64,000 nucleotides of DNA from IMG/VR virus record IMGVR_UViG_3300011470_000007; one strand, 5' to 3'. A program made the translations under genes and the position numbers. The first letter of the stretch is position 1. Each line of letters starts with the position of its first letter. Below are positions 1 through 10,047 of this stretch, in pieces. This stretch comes from an uncultured virus (IMG/VR IMGVR_UViG_3300011470_000007) (taxonomy: Duplodnaviria; Heunggongvirae; Uroviricota; Caudoviricetes). The notes below the pieces were generated by a model that saw only the letters and a list, made by a program, of their open reading frames with translations, was not told the origin of the DNA and did no database searches.

Positions 1-436
1 TGGTGCATCCTGAACAAACTGCTATCTTAAAAGATAACAACGAGCGTATCTTTATCGGTTTGGCACAATTGTTATTTAACCCTTGGATTGTCGGTGTGGT
101 ATTGTCCGCTATTTTGGCGGCGGTCATGAGTACTCTCAGCTGTCAATTATTGGTATGCTCAAGCGCGATTACAGAAGATTTTTATAAAGGGTTTATTCGC
201 CCTACTGCCACGCAAAAAGAGTTGGTTTGGATTGGTCGATTCATGGTGCTTTTGGTCTCAGCGATTGCCATTGTCATCGCCCAAAATCCAGACAGCAAAG
301 TGTTGGGATTGGTCTCGTATGCTTGGGCAGGTTTTGGCGCGGCGTTTGGTCCTGTGGTGTTGATGTCATTATTTTGGCGACGTATGACTGGCACAGGCGC
401 GTTGGCAGGTATGCTTGTAGGCGCGTTGACGGTCAT
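1..436 (+). pseudogene. putP: Sodium/proline symporter, 5' part (starts before window), interrupted by Mu-like prophage
   Basis: SSS-family motifs LSAILAAVMSTLSCQLLVCSSAITEDFY and VLGLVSYAWAGFGAAFGP; the frame runs into the phage end and stops at 446. Confidence 0.92.
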
Positions 437-461
437 TGTGATTTGATACTTTATTTTAGAC

Positions 462-527
462 TTGGAAGGGTTGGAAAAAAGTGGGAAGAAATGGGAAGAT
501 GTTGGATATGATGGGATGGATTTGGTT
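462..527 (+). repeat. 10-bp-phased T(T/G)GGA(A/T) array, candidate pac region
   Basis: Copies at 462, 471, 482, 492, 502, 512 and a degenerate one at 522, between L1 and L2. Confidence 0.5.
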
Positions 528-598
528 TTTTTAAATGTAGTGGTAGTAAGGCATTGAGCAGTGGGTAATTGAATAGCTGATAAGAAAATTTTTGAAAA

Positions 599-628
599 AA
601 AGAGCCTCATCGTGTGATGGGGCTTTTT
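599..628. terminator. Probable bidirectional intrinsic terminator
   Basis: AAAGAGCCTCATC-gtgt-GATGGGGCTTTTT hairpin with A/T tails. Confidence 0.65.
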
Positions 629-699
629 ATATTTTATTTTAGACTAAATGTGGATAATTTTTTTTAGGGCGGTTTTTTTAGAAGTTATTTTAGACTAAT

Positions 700-924
700 T
701 TAATGTAGTTTTACTGGTAGAAGGGTGGCTTGGACGAGTTGAACCAAGTCAGATGTCGATGGCGCGGTTAGGATGATGCGTGAGCCTGTGACATGGTCGA
801 TGGTGGCGGTAAAGGCAGGCGTTGAATGGGCAGCTAAGTACCCAGCAAGTTCACGTTTTATACCGTCTGGCGTCGATTTTCCATTGTCGGAAATAACGTG
901 TAGTGGGTTGGGTTGTGCTGACAT
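700..924 (-). CDS. Hypothetical 74-aa phage protein
   Basis: AAGGAG RBS before ATG; downstream of repressor; followed by a terminator. Confidence 0.65.
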   Translation of the reverse strand: MSAQPNPLHVISDNGKSTPDGIKRELAGYLAAHSTPAFTATIDHVTGSRIILTAPSTSDLVQLVQATLLPVKLH

Positions 925-1183
925 TTTAACGCTCCTTTGCTATGTATTGGAGTGTTATGGTAGCAGATTCTAACGCTAAAAAAAGGATTGAAAACACGGT
1001 AGAAACACGGTAAACGTCAATATATGACGCTGTAATTAACTCCATATTTTTGCAAAGAATTAGGCAGTGCGGACAAAAATAATATGTATATATTTCAATG
1101 ATTTGCAAAACTAAGCAAAAATGATTTTTGCGAAATTGTTTTGCTTTAATCAACGTTAGAATGTTTTTTATTAACTTCTAACG

Positions 1184-1657
1184 TTAAGCGATTTTTAAAG
1201 TATCTTTGAGAGCTTGTTTTTGGTCATCGTCTAGCTCTGGCATGATGGCAAGCAGGTGGCAGACTTTGATAACGAGTTCTGCTTTATGCTCTGCGGTCAT
1301 GGTGCGATTGGTTTCCTCTAGGAATTCATCGACAAAGATGAGAGCTTCCATAAGTCTGCCCATGCTAATGTTCTGTATAGCTTGCTGGTGGTCATTGTAT
1401 TCCGGTGGCAGGTCTAGGGTAATAGTAGGAACTTGTGGGTTGCCCTGCCCTGTCTTGAGCCAATGAGCATTAAGCCCAGTTAACTTTGCCCATTTATCAA
1501 GCGTTTTGTCTAGTGGTTTAGCCCTACGTTCATAAGCACTTTGAAAAGAGCTTTTAGGAATACCATGTTGAGAAGCCCAAGAATAAGGGCTGTCCCCTAT
1601 TACGAGTTCCATTCTCTCCCAAAATTCCTCGCCAAGTTTTTTCTTATCCGCTTTCAT
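1184..1657 (-). CDS. Phage repressor (CI-like HTH)
   Basis: N-terminal HTH ending LNAHWLKTGQG; divergent from ner/A/B as in Mu. Confidence 0.8.
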   Translation of the reverse strand: MKADKKKLGEEFWERMELVIGDSPYSWASQHGIPKSSFQSAYERRAKPLDKTLDKWAKLTGLNAHWLKTGQGNPQVPTITLDLPPEYNDHQQAIQNISMGRLMEALIFVDEFLEETNRTMTAEHKAELVIKVCHLLAIMPELDDDQKQALKDTLKIA

Positions 1658-1783
1658 ACTTTTACTCCCAGTATGTAAGTGCGACCAAAAATTACATCTA
1701 ATGTATGTAAATAAATTTAATTATTAAAATCAATAAGTTATTAGAAATAAGAAAAATAATTACCTAAAAGTATGTTTTATCTA

Positions 1784-1812
1784 TTTACATACGTTCTTTT
1801 ACGTACTATCAT
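1784..1812 (+). promoter_or_regulatory. Early (Pe-like) sigma70 promoter
   Basis: TTTACA-17 bp-TATCAT upstream of ner. Confidence 0.6.
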
Positions 1813-1889
1813 AGTTAGAAATTGAGTACTCATGTTCTAACAACATTCTATTTTAAAAAATCAGCCGAGGCTGATTTGAGGTTTTTACA

Positions 1890-2207
1890 ATGGCTTTAAT
1901 TGATGATTATCCAATACTCAAGGGCTTTAGTAAGCAGCCTGATGGTAGCTATCATCCTGCTGATATTAAAGCGGAAGTAGAAAAACGTGGTACTACATTA
2001 ACCAAGTTATCGACCGATGCAGGATTGAATCCAAAAGCTATAAGCAATGCGCTGAAACAACCCCTAAAAAGTGGGGAAATTGCTTTAGCAAACTTCTTTT
2101 GCGTACCAGTTAAGTACCTTTTTCCAACACGTTGGGATATTAAGGGCAATCGAGTACGTCCACGTTATGCAAGCAAATATATCACAGTTGCAAAGGCATT
2201 GTCATGA
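1890..2207 (+). CDS. ner: Ner/Nlp-family DNA-binding protein
   Basis: HPADIKAEVEKRGTTLTKLS...LFPTRW motif; position before transposase. Confidence 0.88.
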   Translation: MALIDDYPILKGFSKQPDGSYHPADIKAEVEKRGTTLTKLSTDAGLNPKAISNALKQPLKSGEIALANFFCVPVKYLFPTRWDIKGNRVRPRYASKYITVAKALS

Positions 2208-4405
2208 AGAAGTTTTATAGCATCCAAGAAATTATTGAGCTGGGTCTATCATCCTTGCCTTCTACTCACCCTGCTTTAAATAGAAGAGCAAAGTTAGAAT
2301 CATGGCTTTGGAAAGAGATTAAAGCGAAAGGTGGTAAAAACGGAGTACGTAAAGAGTATATTTTACCAGATTATGCTTTAGCTGAATTAGTTAGTAACAA
2401 GCAAGATGAGTACTCAAAACAATTAGAAATTAAAGGTGACAATATAAATGTGGCTAATATTGTGCCAACTATTTCACCTGCCCTACTTGCTGACTGGCAG
2501 CGTGATTGCGGTACCGCTCGCCTTGCTATCGTGCGCCATGTCTTAGATATGGCTGACCTACTGGGCAAAACCAAAGCCGTCGAAAAATTCGCCACGGATA
2601 GCAAAAACGGTCAGCTAACCGCGACCCTAACCGATACTGTCCGCCAAGCTAATGCCAAGGCTGGAACTAAAACCCAAAACAGGGGCAATGCCAAAGTAAG
2701 CCGCGCCACGCTGTTTAATTGGCTAAAACTCGCTGAAAATGCAGGTGATAACAGTCTAGTAGCTGTACTTGCCCCTAAACACCGTGATGTAACCATGCCA
2801 GTGTGGGGTGCGACCTTGCTCAAGCTATGGGGGCAGCCGACTAAGCCTAGCCTATCGATGGTGATGCGTGAATTGGTCAATGTGATGGGCGGTGAAAATG
2901 TGCCTAGCTATGCTCAAGCTAGTTATTTTTTGCGTACCCATGTGGGCAATGTCGAATTGGAACGTGGGCGTATGGGGGCGCGTGAGCTTAAAAATATCCA
3001 GCCGTTTATTCGCCGTGATACGTCTGAGCTGTTCCCCACTGACGTGTATACCGCCGATGGTCATACTTTTGATGCCGAAGTGGCTCATCCCATATCGGGT
3101 CGACCATTTCGCCCAGAGATTACCGCCATTATTGATGTCGCAAGCCGAAAATTGGTCGGATTTTCGATTGATTTGGCAGAAAGCGGCTTGGCAGTACTGG
3201 ATGCAATTCGTACTGCGGTCTGTACCAACGGGGTAATGGCGCTGTTTTATGTCGACAATGGTAGTGGTTATAAAAACGCCATGATGAGCCGTGATGGGTC
3301 GGGCTTGATGGATAGACTTGGCTCAACCTTAACCCACTCATTGCCTTATAACAGTCAGGCTAAGGGCATCGTGGAACGCTCGCACCAATCAATATGGATA
3401 CAGGCAGCGAAGCGGTTGCCAACCTATATCGGCGTGGACATGGATAAGGAAGCCCGCCAAAAAGTGTTTAAGAAAACGCGTAAAGATATCGCAACCTTTG
3501 GCGAATCTAAGCTGCTACTGGCTTGGGATGATTTTATGACCCTATGCCATGACGAGATGCAGCGATATAACAACCGTCCACACCATGCGCATCCAAGACG
3601 CCATAACAAGTTGACAGGTCGCAAGGAGCATTTGACACCGCAACAAGTATGGGATGAAAAATTGACAATGATGGTCAATCTAGGCAAGCCACTGGTACAG
3701 GTGCATGAGGCGGATATGGTCGATTTATTTCGTCCATATATTGAGCGCAAGGTACTGCGCGGTGAAATCAAGATGTTTAACCATGTGTACTTCAGCCGCG
3801 ACCTTGAGCAGTACCACGGTGAGACGGTGCATGTGGGTTATGACATTCATGATGCCAGCCAAGTGTGGGTGCGTGATGTGGCTGGGCGACTGCTCGCTGT
3901 AGCGAAATTTGAAGCCAATACGCGGGCTTACTTTGCTCAACCTGTCATCGAACAGGCGCATGAGAAACGGGCATTGGGTCAGCTTAAACGCAATGATGTC
4001 AAGCGCAATGAAATTCTTGAAACGATGTCGCCAAGCCGTGTGCTTGAGCATATCGATACCATGCGACTACCTCAAGAGCAGATTGATAAGGCGTTTGCAA
4101 CCTTGAATAAAACTATCGAAGCTGAAGCGGTGGAAGTAATCTCAATGCCAAAGCCAATGATGACCAGTGCCGTCAATGATGTACCTGATATGAAAATCAT
4201 GACAGAAACGGATGATGACAGGTTTGAGCGGTGGTTGGCGTTAGATAGTCGCTACAAAGCTGGTGAAACACTGGATTCTAACGATTTTGATTTTCATGAG
4301 TTATTCGCTTTGTCGAAAACTTGGCGAATTAAGATGGCGCAACATGAAGCGCACTTAGAGCAACTTGAACGAGAGGAGGAAATAGCAAAACGTCTATCCA
4401 AGTAA
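2204..4405 (+). CDS. Mu-type DDE transposase A
   Basis: YTADGH, YVDNGSGY and KGIVERSH catalytic motifs; Mu C-terminal domain. Confidence 0.95.
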   Translation: MKKFYSIQEIIELGLSSLPSTHPALNRRAKLESWLWKEIKAKGGKNGVRKEYILPDYALAELVSNKQDEYSKQLEIKGDNINVANIVPTISPALLADWQRDCGTARLAIVRHVLDMADLLGKTKAVEKFATDSKNGQLTATLTDTVRQANAKAGTKTQNRGNAKVSRATLFNWLKLAENAGDNSLVAVLAPKHRDVTMPVWGATLLKLWGQPTKPSLSMVMRELVNVMGGENVPSYAQASYFLRTHVGNVELERGRMGARELKNIQPFIRRDTSELFPTDVYTADGHTFDAEVAHPISGRPFRPEITAIIDVASRKLVGFSIDLAESGLAVLDAIRTAVCTNGVMALFYVDNGSGYKNAMMSRDGSGLMDRLGSTLTHSLPYNSQAKGIVERSHQSIWIQAAKRLPTYIGVDMDKEARQKVFKKTRKDIATFGESKLLLAWDDFMTLCHDEMQRYNNRPHHAHPRRHNKLTGRKEHLTPQQVWDEKLTMMVNLGKPLVQVHEADMVDLFRPYIERKVLRGEIKMFNHVYFSRDLEQYHGETVHVGYDIHDASQVWVRDVAGRLLAVAKFEANTRAYFAQPVIEQAHEKRALGQLKRNDVKRNEILETMSPSRVLEHIDTMRLPQEQIDKAFATLNKTIEAEAVEVISMPKPMMTSAVNDVPDMKIMTETDDDRFERWLALDSRYKAGETLDSNDFDFHELFALSKTWRIKMAQHEAHLEQLEREEEIAKRLSK

Positions 4406-4486
4406 ATGAATAGACGCTATGACTAGGTGATAACTGGGGATTGCCGTCCTTTGTTATCGAAATACAGTAAATTTGGAATTTTTATT

Positions 4487-5269
4487 ATGAAAGAAAATGC
4501 AAAAAATGTCAATTCTGCTCCCCAGACGCATGTGCAAGCGGTGGGTGGGATTGCCCAAGTGACCAATGTGGCAGTACTGCATGATGCCATCGCTCGCACC
4601 ACTGACCGTCATCATAACTTGCCCGGTATCTGTGTGTTTTATGCGCCTAGTGGCTTTGGCAAGTCAGTGGCAGCGAGTTTTGTTGCGACACATACCCGTG
4701 CCTACTATGTGCAAGCATCAAGTATCGATACCAAGAAATCATTTCTTGAAAAAGTACTGCGTGAGATGAACATTGCGCCTGTGGGTACAGCGACTGGGAT
4801 GCTACAGCTAATCGCCGATGAGTTGGCAAAAAGTGGTAAGCCGCTCATCGTAGATGAGTTTGACCACCTAGCTACTGCCTCTGGGAAAGTTGAGATGATT
4901 CGGGATATTTATGAGTCTAGTCAAGGCACAATCATCATCATTGGTGAAGAAATGCTACCACGTAAGCTTGAGCGATGGGAGCGATTCCACGGGCGCGTTT
5001 TGAATTGGGTGCAAGCGCAACCTGCTAGCGTGGCGGACGCGGTGCTACTGGCACAAGTGTATAGCCCAAAAGTGGCGATTGATGAAAATGTGCTGGCTGA
5101 ACTTGTTGGCGCAGTGCGCGGCTCGACTCGCCGTGTGTGTACCAATCTTGAGATGCTAGCGCAACGTGCCTTAGAAAATGGGCAACGTAGCGTGGTGATG
5201 GAAGATTTGCGTCGTCTATTACCAAATGGCTTTATCACGGGTGAAAGCCCTAAACCACGGTCATTTTAG
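4487..5269 (+). CDS. MuB-like AAA+ ATPase
   Basis: Walker A APSGFGKS, Walker B LIVDEFD; follows transposase. Confidence 0.92.
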   Translation: MKENAKNVNSAPQTHVQAVGGIAQVTNVAVLHDAIARTTDRHHNLPGICVFYAPSGFGKSVAASFVATHTRAYYVQASSIDTKKSFLEKVLREMNIAPVGTATGMLQLIADELAKSGKPLIVDEFDHLATASGKVEMIRDIYESSQGTIIIIGEEMLPRKLERWERFHGRVLNWVQAQPASVADAVLLAQVYSPKVAIDENVLAELVGAVRGSTRRVCTNLEMLAQRALENGQRSVVMEDLRRLLPNGFITGESPKPRSF

Positions 5270-5278
5270 GAGGTAGTT

Positions 5279-6004
5279 ATGTGTTGTTGCTGTACTAAAA
5301 ACGATACTGAGCTGACTCCAAGCGTTGGAGTAGCTATGTTGGAGCAAAATCAAACCATCAAAAAATCACGTACATCCCGTCGTGATATCAAACAACAATG
5401 GCAGCGTAATCCTGCATTTGACTTCAAGCCATCTGCACCCGTCCGCAACATGCGTGAACAAGTGTGGGATTTGCTGCGCACAGGTAAAGAGCTAAGCGTG
5501 CAAGATATGGTGCTGACGCTGCCTTTCACCATCAAGCAAATCGAATATCTCATCAATGGTTGGGTAGCCACGGGTTATGTGCAAAAAAATAAAGGGATTT
5601 GGAAAAAATCCATACCGACCTTTGTTCTGATTAAAGATATCGGTCAAGAGCCACCGCGTGTAAACCGACAAGGTGAATATGTACCACAGCAGCTCAATGA
5701 AGCGGCTTGGCGTGCCATGCGCATCCAAAAAACATTTAACTCTCGCCAAATCAACGCCGTCATTGGACGCGCCGATCAGCTTGGGGCAATTGTTACTTAT
5801 CTGCGTCTATTGATGATTGCTGGTTATCTACAACCTGTGAGTGTGAATGCTAATGAGTTTACAACCTACCGACTAGTCGAAGATACGGGCTGTAAGCCAC
5901 CACAAATCCTGCGTGGTAAAAAAGTATTTGACCAAAATCTAGGCATCATCGTGTATGACCCAAAACCACAAAATCAAAATCAAGAGGAAACTGACCGTGA
6001 CTAA
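5279..6004 (+). CDS. Mu-like early protein, probable tandem winged-helix domains
   Basis: Internally duplicated motif ending DIGQEPP / DTGCKPP; AGGAGG RBS. Confidence 0.65.
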   Translation: MCCCCTKNDTELTPSVGVAMLEQNQTIKKSRTSRRDIKQQWQRNPAFDFKPSAPVRNMREQVWDLLRTGKELSVQDMVLTLPFTIKQIEYLINGWVATGYVQKNKGIWKKSIPTFVLIKDIGQEPPRVNRQGEYVPQQLNEAAWRAMRIQKTFNSRQINAVIGRADQLGAIVTYLRLLMIAGYLQPVSVNANEFTTYRLVEDTGCKPPQILRGKKVFDQNLGIIVYDPKPQNQNQEETDRD

Positions 6005-6365
6005 TACTTTAACTCCAAATACCACCCCAAGAATGGTTCAGTGGGTGGGCGACACGAAAAGAATTGATGACAAGCCCATACAAGCTTGTGCCATCTACCC
6101 AGTGCCAACCGATGAAGATAGTGAATTTCCACACCTGCAAGCACCCAAAAAACGTGTGCCGAATGATGGTAAGTCGATTGATGACTGGCTACGCAAACAG
6201 CGTATGACTAACGAATCCTTGTATCGCAATCAAGAAGTGCTTGATAGCGACATCATGAAGCTTGAATTTCAGATGCGTCATGTGATGAATCGTTTGCGCT
6301 GGCTTGAAGTTGTGGTGGTTTGCTTGGTGATTAGCTGTGGGGGACTGTTGGTATGTGTGCTTTAA
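5997..6365 (+). CDS. Hypothetical protein with C-terminal TM helix
   Basis: GTG start with GAGGA RBS; coiled coil and hydrophobic tail. Confidence 0.6.
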   Translation: MTNTLTPNTTPRMVQWVGDTKRIDDKPIQACAIYPVPTDEDSEFPHLQAPKKRVPNDGKSIDDWLRKQRMTNESLYRNQEVLDSDIMKLEFQMRHVMNRLRWLEVVVVCLVISCGGLLVCVL

Positions 6366-6718
6366 GAATCAGCCCTGTCACTGTCGATAACTGGATGGAA
6401 GCGGTCAAAGAAGAAGCGGAGCAAGATGGCTGTAGCCTGACGCTCATTGCTGAAAAAATCGGCTATGCCCGCCCTAGTCTGTCACTGGCTATCAGTGGCA
6501 ACTATGTGGGCAAGACTGACAAAATCCGTGATGCGTACATTGAGTACCGCAAGCAAGTGCTATGCCCATACATTGGGGAAACGGTAAGCCGTCAATATTG
6601 TATCGACCATGCAAACGGGGATGCGCCAACACATCACCCTGCTAAGCTGCGGCACTGGCAAGCGTGTCAGAAATGTGATTACTGTCCAAAAGCTAGTTGT
6701 CCGAAGGGGGATAGATGA
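6353..6718 (+). CDS. HTH protein with C-terminal Cys cluster
   Basis: IAEKIGYARPSLSLAISGNY HTH; CPY...C...CQKC. Confidence 0.7.
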   Translation: MCALRISPVTVDNWMEAVKEEAEQDGCSLTLIAEKIGYARPSLSLAISGNYVGKTDKIRDAYIEYRKQVLCPYIGETVSRQYCIDHANGDAPTHHPAKLRHWQACQKCDYCPKASCPKGDR

Positions 6719-7278
6719 AAACTAAATGCCCAAACTGTGGTGCGACCCACTCTCTTGATAGCCTTGTCATGGCTAACAAAGGCGGGGATGCGTTTTTGCA
6801 AGCGTTTGATGTACCACCAGAACTAAAAACGCCCATTATCCAGTATCTTGGACTGTTCCGCTCGGTGGGTCGTGACTTGAGTTTTGACCGTGTTGCCAAG
6901 CTATTGGCTGAGTTAAACCCAGTAGTAAAAGCTGGAAAAGTAACATTTGACCGTCACACGTTTGATACCCCAATCCCTGCGTGGGTATGGGCAATTGAGC
7001 AAGCCATCAAAGCCCGTGATGAAGGTCGCTTGAGCTTGCCACTAAAAAACCATAACTGGCTGTATGCCGTGATGCGGCAGTTTGATCCACGCAAAGATGC
7101 GCCTGCTAAAACCACCAATGCCAGTGCAGCGCATGGCGAGACAGTGGCATTTAACGGGGTGAAAAAGCCTGTATTTGCTGGGCGCACCCAGCAAGAAACT
7201 TGGGATATCGTCAACCAAGCACGAGAACCTGGGGAGTCCCTAGATGAAACCTATGAACGTATCAAATCCAACCACTAA
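6715..7278 (+). CDS. Conserved Mu-like hypothetical protein
   Basis: N-terminal CPNCGA; LPLKNHNWLY motif; operonic overlap. Confidence 0.7.
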   Translation: MKTKCPNCGATHSLDSLVMANKGGDAFLQAFDVPPELKTPIIQYLGLFRSVGRDLSFDRVAKLLAELNPVVKAGKVTFDRHTFDTPIPAWVWAIEQAIKARDEGRLSLPLKNHNWLYAVMRQFDPRKDAPAKTTNASAAHGETVAFNGVKKPVFAGRTQQETWDIVNQAREPGESLDETYERIKSNH

Positions 7279-7292
7279 CAAGGAGCAGCCAA

Positions 7293-7808
7293 ATGGCTAA
7301 AAAAGCAAAAATCAAAGCAGTCGCTACTATCATCGCTTGTCAGAGCCTTGAGCAAGTACAAGACTTTATCCGTCATATCGGCGACAAAAACCGCGAAGTC
7401 ATCCGTCTGCAAGCCAAGATGAATGACGAAGTGGCAGCCATTACCAACGGCTACACGGAATCTATCAATGGGCTAAAGCAAGAAATTGAGCAGATGACGG
7501 GTGCAGTAGAAATCTGGTGCGCTGCCAATCGTACCAAAATCCTAGAAAAAGGACTGAAAACGGCAAACCTAATCACGGGTGAAGTCTCTTGGCGATTTAG
7601 CCCACCGAGTGTGAGCCTGCGTAAGATTGAAGATGTATTGGCAAGTTTCAAAGAAAAGGGTTTGACCCAGTTTATCCGCGTCAAAGAAGAGGTGAATAAA
7701 GAAGCTATTTTGGCTGACCCACTAGCAGTAAAGGATGTGGCAGGTGTGACTATCAAAAGCGGTCAAGAGTTTTTTGAAATTAAACCGTTTGAAGTCGATA
7801 TTCAATAA
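7293..7808 (+). CDS. gam: Gam-like host-nuclease inhibitor
   Basis: KTANLITGEVSWRFSPPSV...FIRVKEEVNKEAIL signature. Confidence 0.92.
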   Translation: MAKKAKIKAVATIIACQSLEQVQDFIRHIGDKNREVIRLQAKMNDEVAAITNGYTESINGLKQEIEQMTGAVEIWCAANRTKILEKGLKTANLITGEVSWRFSPPSVSLRKIEDVLASFKEKGLTQFIRVKEEVNKEAILADPLAVKDVAGVTIKSGQEFFEIKPFEVDIQ

Positions 7809-7885
7809 TCAAAAACCGCTGCCAGTCGGTTACTGGCAACTAACCCAAACGGTGCGTAGAACGCACCCTACACAAGGAAAATATC

Positions 7886-8158
7886 ATGAACAAATCTGAA
7901 TTAATCGCCCGTATCGCTGAACAAGCTGGTATCAATAAGACCCAAGCCACTGCTGCCATGCAAGCTGTGGAAACGGGGGTTATCGACACGTTAGCAAATG
8001 GCGGCAAAGTTGAGCTAAAAGGCTTTGGTACTTTCTCAATCAAAGAACGCGCTGAACGTACAGGTCGCAATCCACAAACAGGCGAACCCATGCAAATCGA
8101 AGCGTCGAAAGTGCCAAGTTTTAAAGCAGGTAAAGCGTTAAAAGATGCTGTCAAGTAA
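7886..8158 (+). CDS. Phage-encoded HU-family DNA-binding protein
   Basis: MNKSELI...GFGTF...RTGRNPQTGE...PSFKAGKALKDAV. Confidence 0.95.
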   Translation: MNKSELIARIAEQAGINKTQATAAMQAVETGVIDTLANGGKVELKGFGTFSIKERAERTGRNPQTGEPMQIEASKVPSFKAGKALKDAVK

Positions 8159-8180
8159 ATGCAAATAAAAAGGAAAATCC

Positions 8181-8351
8181 ATGTCTGAATTTTTTATCGT
8201 TAAAAGTAATTTTAACCATAAGTTTTTAATTAATAGTGAGGCTCATGGTCGGACTTTTCACAAAGAACAAGCCAAACGATTTACGTTAAAAGAAGTTCAG
8301 ACATTGGGATATTTAAAAAATGGTCATTATCAAGTTTTAAAAGGAAAATAA
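8181..8351 (+). CDS. Small hypothetical protein, 56 aa (not in ORF track)
   Basis: AAGGA RBS, ATG 8181, open to TAA 8351 (MSEFFIVKSNFNHK...). Confidence 0.55.
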   Translation: MSEFFIVKSNFNHKFLINSEAHGRTFHKEQAKRFTLKEVQTLGYLKNGHYQVLKGK

Positions 8352-8352
8352 C

Positions 8353-8661
8353 ATGATCGATATAACTAAACTAACCCCCGAAATCCTAGAAAGCAAAATT
8401 GTTGGCGAACAATACCACCAATTTGATAACACAACAGTCACTGTCTGCTGTATGACCCTAGAAAATGGCTTTAATGTCATTGGCGAAAGTTCCTGTATCG
8501 ACCGTGCCAACTTTGATGCCGAAATTGGTAAAAAAGTCGCCCGAGACAATGCTTTTAAGCAACTTTGGAAACTATATGGCTTTAACGCCAAGCAAGAACA
8601 ACATCACGAAAAAGAATGGACGAATTTTGCACACGATAAAGCATACCCCAGTGCAGAATAA
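8353..8661 (+). CDS. Gp49/Sf6-gp66 family protein (candidate nucleotide-signal sponge)
   Basis: TVCCMTLENGFNVIGESSCID.ANFDAEIGKKVA..NA...LW.LYGF motif. Confidence 0.8.
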   Translation: MIDITKLTPEILESKIVGEQYHQFDNTTVTVCCMTLENGFNVIGESSCIDRANFDAEIGKKVARDNAFKQLWKLYGFNAKQEQHHEKEWTNFAHDKAYPSAE

Positions 8662-8672
8662 AACCACCCAAT

Positions 8673-8710
8673 AAAAAAAGGCGTGTTAGCCAGCCTGACA
8701 CGCCTTTTTT
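8673..8710 (+). terminator. Intrinsic terminator hairpin
   Basis: AAAAAAGGCGTGTTAG...CTGACACGCCTTTTTT. Confidence 0.65.
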
Positions 8711-8729
8711 GTAAGTGAAATAAGGAAAA

Positions 8730-9146
8730 ATGATGGCTACTATCAACAAAGAAATCAAAGAAGAAGTCTTGCAACAGCTTAACTACCGGTATGGTCAAGT
8801 TACACTTAAATGCGATAACGATGAAATCTGTCTGAAAATTGAACCTATTAAGGCATTAAAATTGGTGGTTGCTGTTTGGGTCAATGGGCAAATCAAAGGT
8901 CAGTGGCTAGGTGATAATACCTGCCCAGAATATAAATATATGCGTAAGTCTGAACGTTTTATTTATAAAGCAAGTTTTCGCCAAAAAGCTAAAAAAGAAC
9001 TTGGTGTTAGAAGATACAAATCAATGGGATATGATGATAAGACCACGGTTGTTTATCCCTGGTTTAATTCGGGAAAATCGGCAATTGACCATCTTTGCAA
9101 AGTTTGTGACAGTATCGAAGTTTTACATATTGGCTATAAGCTATAA
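8730..9146 (+). CDS. Hypothetical phage protein
   Basis: TAAGGA RBS, 138-aa ORF in operon. Confidence 0.65.
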   Translation: MMATINKEIKEEVLQQLNYRYGQVTLKCDNDEICLKIEPIKALKLVVAVWVNGQIKGQWLGDNTCPEYKYMRKSERFIYKASFRQKAKKELGVRRYKSMGYDDKTTVVYPWFNSGKSAIDHLCKVCDSIEVLHIGYKL

Positions 9147-9163
9147 TTTTGGAGTCATACAAC

Positions 9164-9601
9164 ATGAGCAAACTTACTAAACCCAAAACCAAAGCCCAGA
9201 TTGAGCGTGGTAAGCTCATTACTCTAATTCATGTCGCCAAAAATGAGTTGGCATTGGATGACAGTACTTACCGTGAAGTACTCAACAACACCGTGAGTAA
9301 AACGTCATCTAAAGACTGCACCATGCCAGAACTACGCAAAATACTCGACACGCTAAAATCCAAAGGTTTCACCGTTACACCCAAAGAGCCACAGCCTGAC
9401 GTCGTCAACCACAATCAGCCAATGCTGGATAAAATTGGTGCATTACTTGCTGATGGTGGCTACCCTTGGGCGTATGCCAAAGGTATGGCAAAAAAGATGT
9501 ATAACAAAGAAGATTTGCGCTTCTGCAATGGTGATGAATTGCGTGGTATTGTTGCTGCTTTAGAGTATAATAAAAAGCGTCAATCAACAAAACTTCAGTA
9601 A
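9164..9601 (+). CDS. GemA/gp16-like (DUF1018) protein
   Basis: LITLIHVAKNELALDDSTYR...SSKDCT..EL motif. Confidence 0.85.
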   Translation: MSKLTKPKTKAQIERGKLITLIHVAKNELALDDSTYREVLNNTVSKTSSKDCTMPELRKILDTLKSKGFTVTPKEPQPDVVNHNQPMLDKIGALLADGGYPWAYAKGMAKKMYNKEDLRFCNGDELRGIVAALEYNKKRQSTKLQ

Positions 9602-9633
9602 TTCTAACGGTTTATGAAAATCATGGAGCGTAT

Positions 9634-10032
9634 ATGACAGTCACCACCACCTATGAAAACATTGCTATGATAGTCGGGATTGAGGCGGCTCAAATAATCG
9701 TGTCTGAGTTTGGTGGTACTGAACTTTATATTCCCCATGTCGACAACCTAAAAAATGACCATAAACTGATTGGGTCACTGGGCATCGATACGGCAAAACG
9801 TCTATGTCGCTATTGGCATGGTCAAGTACTCAATGTACCCCTCAACAAAAAAGCCGAAATCGCCAAACGCAATCAGCAAATCATTGCCTTGGCAAAATCT
9901 GGTGAATGTCCCAATCGCCTTGCAACTAAGTTTACCTTACACGTGCGAACCATCCGCAAAATCATCGAAAAAGATATCAGAGATAGAGCTAATGCAGTCT
10001 ATGCTAGAAGTCAGTTTAGGCTGTTTGATTAA
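9634..10032 (+). CDS. Mor/C-family transcription activator
   Basis: FGGTELYIP and C-terminal HTH; lies just before lysis genes. Confidence 0.85.
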   Translation: MTVTTTYENIAMIVGIEAAQIIVSEFGGTELYIPHVDNLKNDHKLIGSLGIDTAKRLCRYWHGQVLNVPLNKKAEIAKRNQQIIALAKSGECPNRLATKFTLHVRTIRKIIEKDIRDRANAVYARSQFRLFD

Positions 10033-10047
10033 CTAATCATCGCCATC

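Larger units (their letters stand above)
451..696 (+). repeat. Left-end transposase binding sites (TTATTTTAGACT x3 at 451, 634, 685)
   Basis: Identical 12-mer three times; inverted copies at the right end. Confidence 0.88.
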
